NCBI RefSeq assembly: GCF_018977255.1
Contig: NW_024704743.1
Location: 76,260,001 to 76,324,000 of the forward strand
Length of the DNA stretch: 64,000 bases
DNA from: Callorhinchus milii
Taxonomy: Eukaryota
Direction of reading: 5' to 3'
Shown here: piece by piece, positions 60,089 through 64,000 of the stretch
How positions within the stretch are numbered: the stretch's first letter is position 1
How the letters are laid out: each line of letters begins with the position of its first letter
Position numbers and translations under genes: made by a program
Notes under the pieces: model-generated
Told to the model about the DNA's origin: nothing
The model's database searches: none
The model's input: only the letters and a program-made list of their open reading frames with translations

Positions 60089-61127
60089 GTTTCTGTGTGG
60101 AACGCTGAATTGATTCGGCTTTGGAAGAAAGTGTTCCTGTGCTGATGAAATATAATCATGCAGGAAATGATGTGGATCTGTTTCAGCCAATGTTAAATCT
60201 ACATATGGCTTAATGAGTGCAGTTCACTTTAACTGGACATAAAAGTTCATGTGGTCGCTCAATGTGATCAGATGTGGAAGTTCAGTGGAGCTTGAGGACA
60301 CTTTATGTAATAAACCAAAATCCATGGTAGTGAACACTAATAATCTTTCATAGTTCATTCATCAAAAACAAATGATACATCCCCTTGTATTATTTTTTCA
60401 GTTATCAGGTTTTGTTGTCTGGATAATTCTATGTAAGGCAACTTTTGTGTATAGTCTGGCTCCTAAACACAAATTGCTACTCTGACCTCCTGTGTAAGAT
60501 TGACAAACAATACATTATGTTGCACAAAATAGCAATCATACAAATTATTATGTTGCCAGTTTATGTGTTTAAAATGCCCGATTTTCTTAATAAGGATGTT
60601 CCCATGGTTTAGCGTGACCAACCTGAGATTAACATTTGCACGACTGGGATTCCTTATTAGTAACACATTTTAGACTATTAAAAACGCAAATTCAGGCATA
60701 ATCTGTATTTTTTTAGAAAAGACATGTTAACTAATGAGCTTCAGTTGCTATTGGTGCAATAATGCTGAACTTTAACTGAACTGGAATGGAATAGAAAATG
60801 GCAGATACGATGTAAATAACACTTCAAAGACCTTACTTGGGACGTCCTCCCGACGTGAAAGGCGCTATACAAATGTAATTTTGTTGTTGTTGTTATGGTT
60901 ATTTGCCTGCTTTATATAATATGTGTGAAAACCCTTATATACTATGTTGATAGAATTTAAGCTTCAAGCAAGTGTTTTTTTTTAAAAAAAGAAAATTTAC
61001 AGCACATATTCAATTTTTTGAAGTGTAGAATTGGGGGCTAGGAGAGCAAGCATTTGGTTTGAATGTTTCCCCTGCTCGGAATTAGGAGAGTGCGGTGTCT
61101 GTGTGATAAAGGGAAACATCTGGCCAG

Positions 61128-61594
61128 GGTTTTTGTTAAGCGTATGTGTGGTTCTTCAGCACTGTGGAATCCCAGTAGGCGCAGTAATAGGTGGCAGAAT
61201 CGACCTCTAAGACGTTGTTAATAACAAGGACCTGCTGGTTACTGCTGGGCGCCTCTGTTGAGAACCTGCCAGGGGTCTCCTCGTCCAGCTGAGCTTTGGA
61301 GTTAGCCCGATAAAGTATCCGTGTTATCGGTTTGTTGGGTTTAGACTGGTACCAGTGAACAGTCTCTGAGCTCTTGATATCGCATTTCATTCTGATCGTT
61401 CTCCCCGCAGGTTTAGTAAACGATCTTGGGTACTGATTCACTTTCTGAGCAAAACTTCCATCTGTAAACAGAACAAACGAGAGTGAAAGCAAAACGTTGT
61501 GGTTTCCCACTGTGAAGAGACGACCGGCAAGTAAATCTTTCAGGCACTTACGGAGCAAAACTATCGTCACGAACAGACTGTAAAGTAGGAACAT
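61128..61594 (-). CDS. TRGV: T-cell receptor gamma variable gene: leader 61594-61552, V exon 61461-61167, 23-RSS 61166-61128
   Basis: Leader MFLLYSLFVTIVLL|gtaagt. V exon GSFAQKVNQYP...MKC...VHWYQSK...DSATYYCAYWD. Perfect RSS CACAGTG-23-ACAAAAACC. Confidence 0.96.
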
Positions 61595-64000
61595 TATGCG
61601 GAGCTCGGTGCTGCCTTGGATTAACGAGGTGAATCTTCCCATCCGCTGGATCAGATCTTCATCAACTGGAAAGGAAATGACTCGCAGATCTGTAACCAAT
61701 CCATGTTAAGAAGGTCCCATGTCCCGCCTCTGTAAAATGGTGGGCGTGGTTGCCCTCTTCAATTGATTGCTTAGAGCTTTTTATAAGGTATATAAGGTCC
61801 ATTTATTTCTGAATAAAGTCTTCATAATTATTTCATTCTATGTTCGCTACTCGAATAACTGGCCTGTTGAAATTGAGTAAAGCAAACATGGGAGTGTGCC
61901 TTGGTGTACTGCTGGTTACTCTCCAAGCCTTGGCTCTTACCAATCTGCTCCTAATACTTTCTGGAATTAGGCAACTCCAGGGAGAGAGTGCGCATTTCAT
62001 TCCAACAATCTTTCTCTGGGATTTCCATGTGTTGGTGGTAAGCGTAGAATTCTCAGGTTGGTTTGGATACTTTTAAGCATGGTGTTGGGTTTCTGCATGT
62101 GTCAGACACCCAGCTGACCCAAAAAAGGCAAACTTTCCTGTACCAAGAAATCTGTAGTTTAATAATAATGAAAAGCTACTCAGTTATTACATCCCTTATT
62201 ATCTCCTTGTTGATGTAAATTAAATTTTTAGTTTAATATATTACAATATTTATCTTATTCTTAGTTTTTGTGTTTATTTTCCGGTCAACCGGATGGTCTA
62301 ACACATGTGGAAACTCATCGCCATGTGTCTGGTTTAGTTTCCACATCTTCACAAATCTCTTGAGTGAAAAAAAGGTTGCAGTTTTCATTTTCTTACTTCT
62401 GATTTTAAGGTTCTGTCCTATCTAACCTGTCAGTTCCTTTCATTATTTTAAATCCCTCAATTTTATTGGTAGCAATATTTCTAAAGGAGGAGGAAAAGGG
62501 GAAATCCATTGAAGAGAGGATGATGGAAATTAAAAGTTTGCTTTAGCCCAGGAAAATGAATACAGGCTTTAACTATGTGCATCTGTCAAGATTGCCAGTG
62601 CCTAAGGTGATACTGATTGAATGTCTCAGTAGGGAGGTGACTGACACAGTGCTCTGCAAGGCTGAAAGATTCAACCAGACGGGCCAATAATCCCCCCAAA
62701 TAAAATTTATCATTCATTTCAGGGCTGCTTGTGGTCATTGCTGTACACAAATTGGCTGCCATGTTGCCTACAAAATGCACATTCACTTTTTCTGGACTGT
62801 TAACCCGGCAGTAAACAGGCCAAATGCTGTTGACAAACGACATCAAATTGCATTTATAAAGTGTCCTTCACACAGGATAGCATCTCAGAGGGCTTTACAA
62901 TGGCTGAGCTGGGAAGAAAGGGGCGGTGACCGTAGGCACAGTCGAAGAGTAAATTCTGTAGCTCAGATCTCAAGATGGGCAAAGAGGGAGTGAGGCGGAG
63001 TGATTGAGGCATGGAGTTCTAGAGGTTCGGGGTGAAGTGGCTGAAAGCATGGCTGCTGATGGTGTAGGGGTCTAAGGATGTGCAGAAGGGTGGAGCTAAC
63101 TGACCAAAGGGGGTAGAGGAGAGTGGTGTGAACATGTTGGGTAGGGAGATGCCTGAGCGTGAAGAGATTTGTAGGTGTGAGTAAGGATCTTGAAATTGAC
63201 TAATTCAATGCCATATAGTTCTGAAGAGTTCTGAAGAGGTACTTGACACTTGAATGGTTTCCTGAATATATGGGCACAACAAACATGACATTTCATATCA
63301 GTCTCGAATGATCACATCAAAATTGTTTAGATATTTTACATTTTGTCTCTAATATTTCAAAACTTAAAAAAAAGTTAATAACTACGTCCAATTTGCCCAT
63401 TGGTGAGTGAACTTTCAACCGTTTTGAACCCACTCTCCAGAACTCTATCCCTCCCTCTCTGAGTTCCTCTGCTTTGCCCCCCTCCCACCTTCAACCCCCA
63501 CCCTCACTTGGCTCCCACTCCCAGCTCAGGTGCCCATCCAGCGCTGTCAATGTGCTTTGGGATGTCCTCCCAACGTGAAAGGCACTACATAAATATAAAC
63601 TATTATTGTATTGTATCAAGACCTATCTTTTCAACCTTGCATTTGGCCAACAAAATAAATGTTTCTTGATTTAATATTTCTTGATTTATTGGCTACCCAG
63701 TGAAAACAAGCAGTTAAAACAGAGGATGGGATTGTTGCTTGTCTTGTAATGGCACACAATGCAGTTAAACTTTTTTTGATAGTATATGTTGTGTGTATAG
63801 GATGTGATATTTGTATCCGTAATTATTCTGGGTTTGATTTGATGCCTACAAGATATAATAATAATCCTTGCATTTGATATAGCACCTTTACGTCATCAAA
63901 ACATCTCAAAGTGCTTCACAGGATATACTGTAAAGTGGATTGACTGTGTATTTTGTGAGCAAAATGCGGCAGCCAGTGTGCACAGCAGTGTCCCACAAAC

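Noticed and set aside
61508-61514. Perfect heptamer CACAGTG (minus strand) in the V leader intron
   Set aside because: No nonamer-like sequence at 12 or 23 bp.
62130-62160. Minus-strand ISWYRK resembling V framework 2
   Set aside because: There is no upstream Cys in frame (a stop lies nearby) and it runs into a dispersed repeat also seen at 7115 and 41715.

Overview
Vertebrate genomic DNA, most likely a cartilaginous fish (inferred from the L2/CR1/Deu-type SINE/Penelope repeat content and the TCR-gamma sequences; species not determinable here). Two loci converge tail-to-tail. On the + strand is STARD3NL (MENTHO): a CpG-island promoter and non-coding exon 1 at about 8.9 kb, seven coding exons from 17871 to 28317 and a 3'-UTR exon from 30147. 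Exon 6 carries an apparent 1-bp deletion (frameshift). On the - strand is the 3' part of a T-cell receptor gamma (TRG) locus: one three-exon C-gamma gene (45667-43019), a dense array of 11 open J segments with 12-bp-spacer RSSs plus about 4 J relics (46.9-50.9 kb), two intact V-gamma genes with 23-bp-spacer RSSs (60088-59606 and 61594-61128), and a decayed V-gamma relic (about 58.3-58.8 kb) whose RSS end overlaps a STAT5/RUNX motif cluster. The rest is mostly retroelement debris: a young tRNA-Ala-headed SINE often found in head-to-head pairs, L2, CR1, Tx1/L1 and Gypsy fragments, and Penelope-type short repeats carrying a minimal hammerhead-like motif. All calls come from manual reading and translation; no database searches were run.
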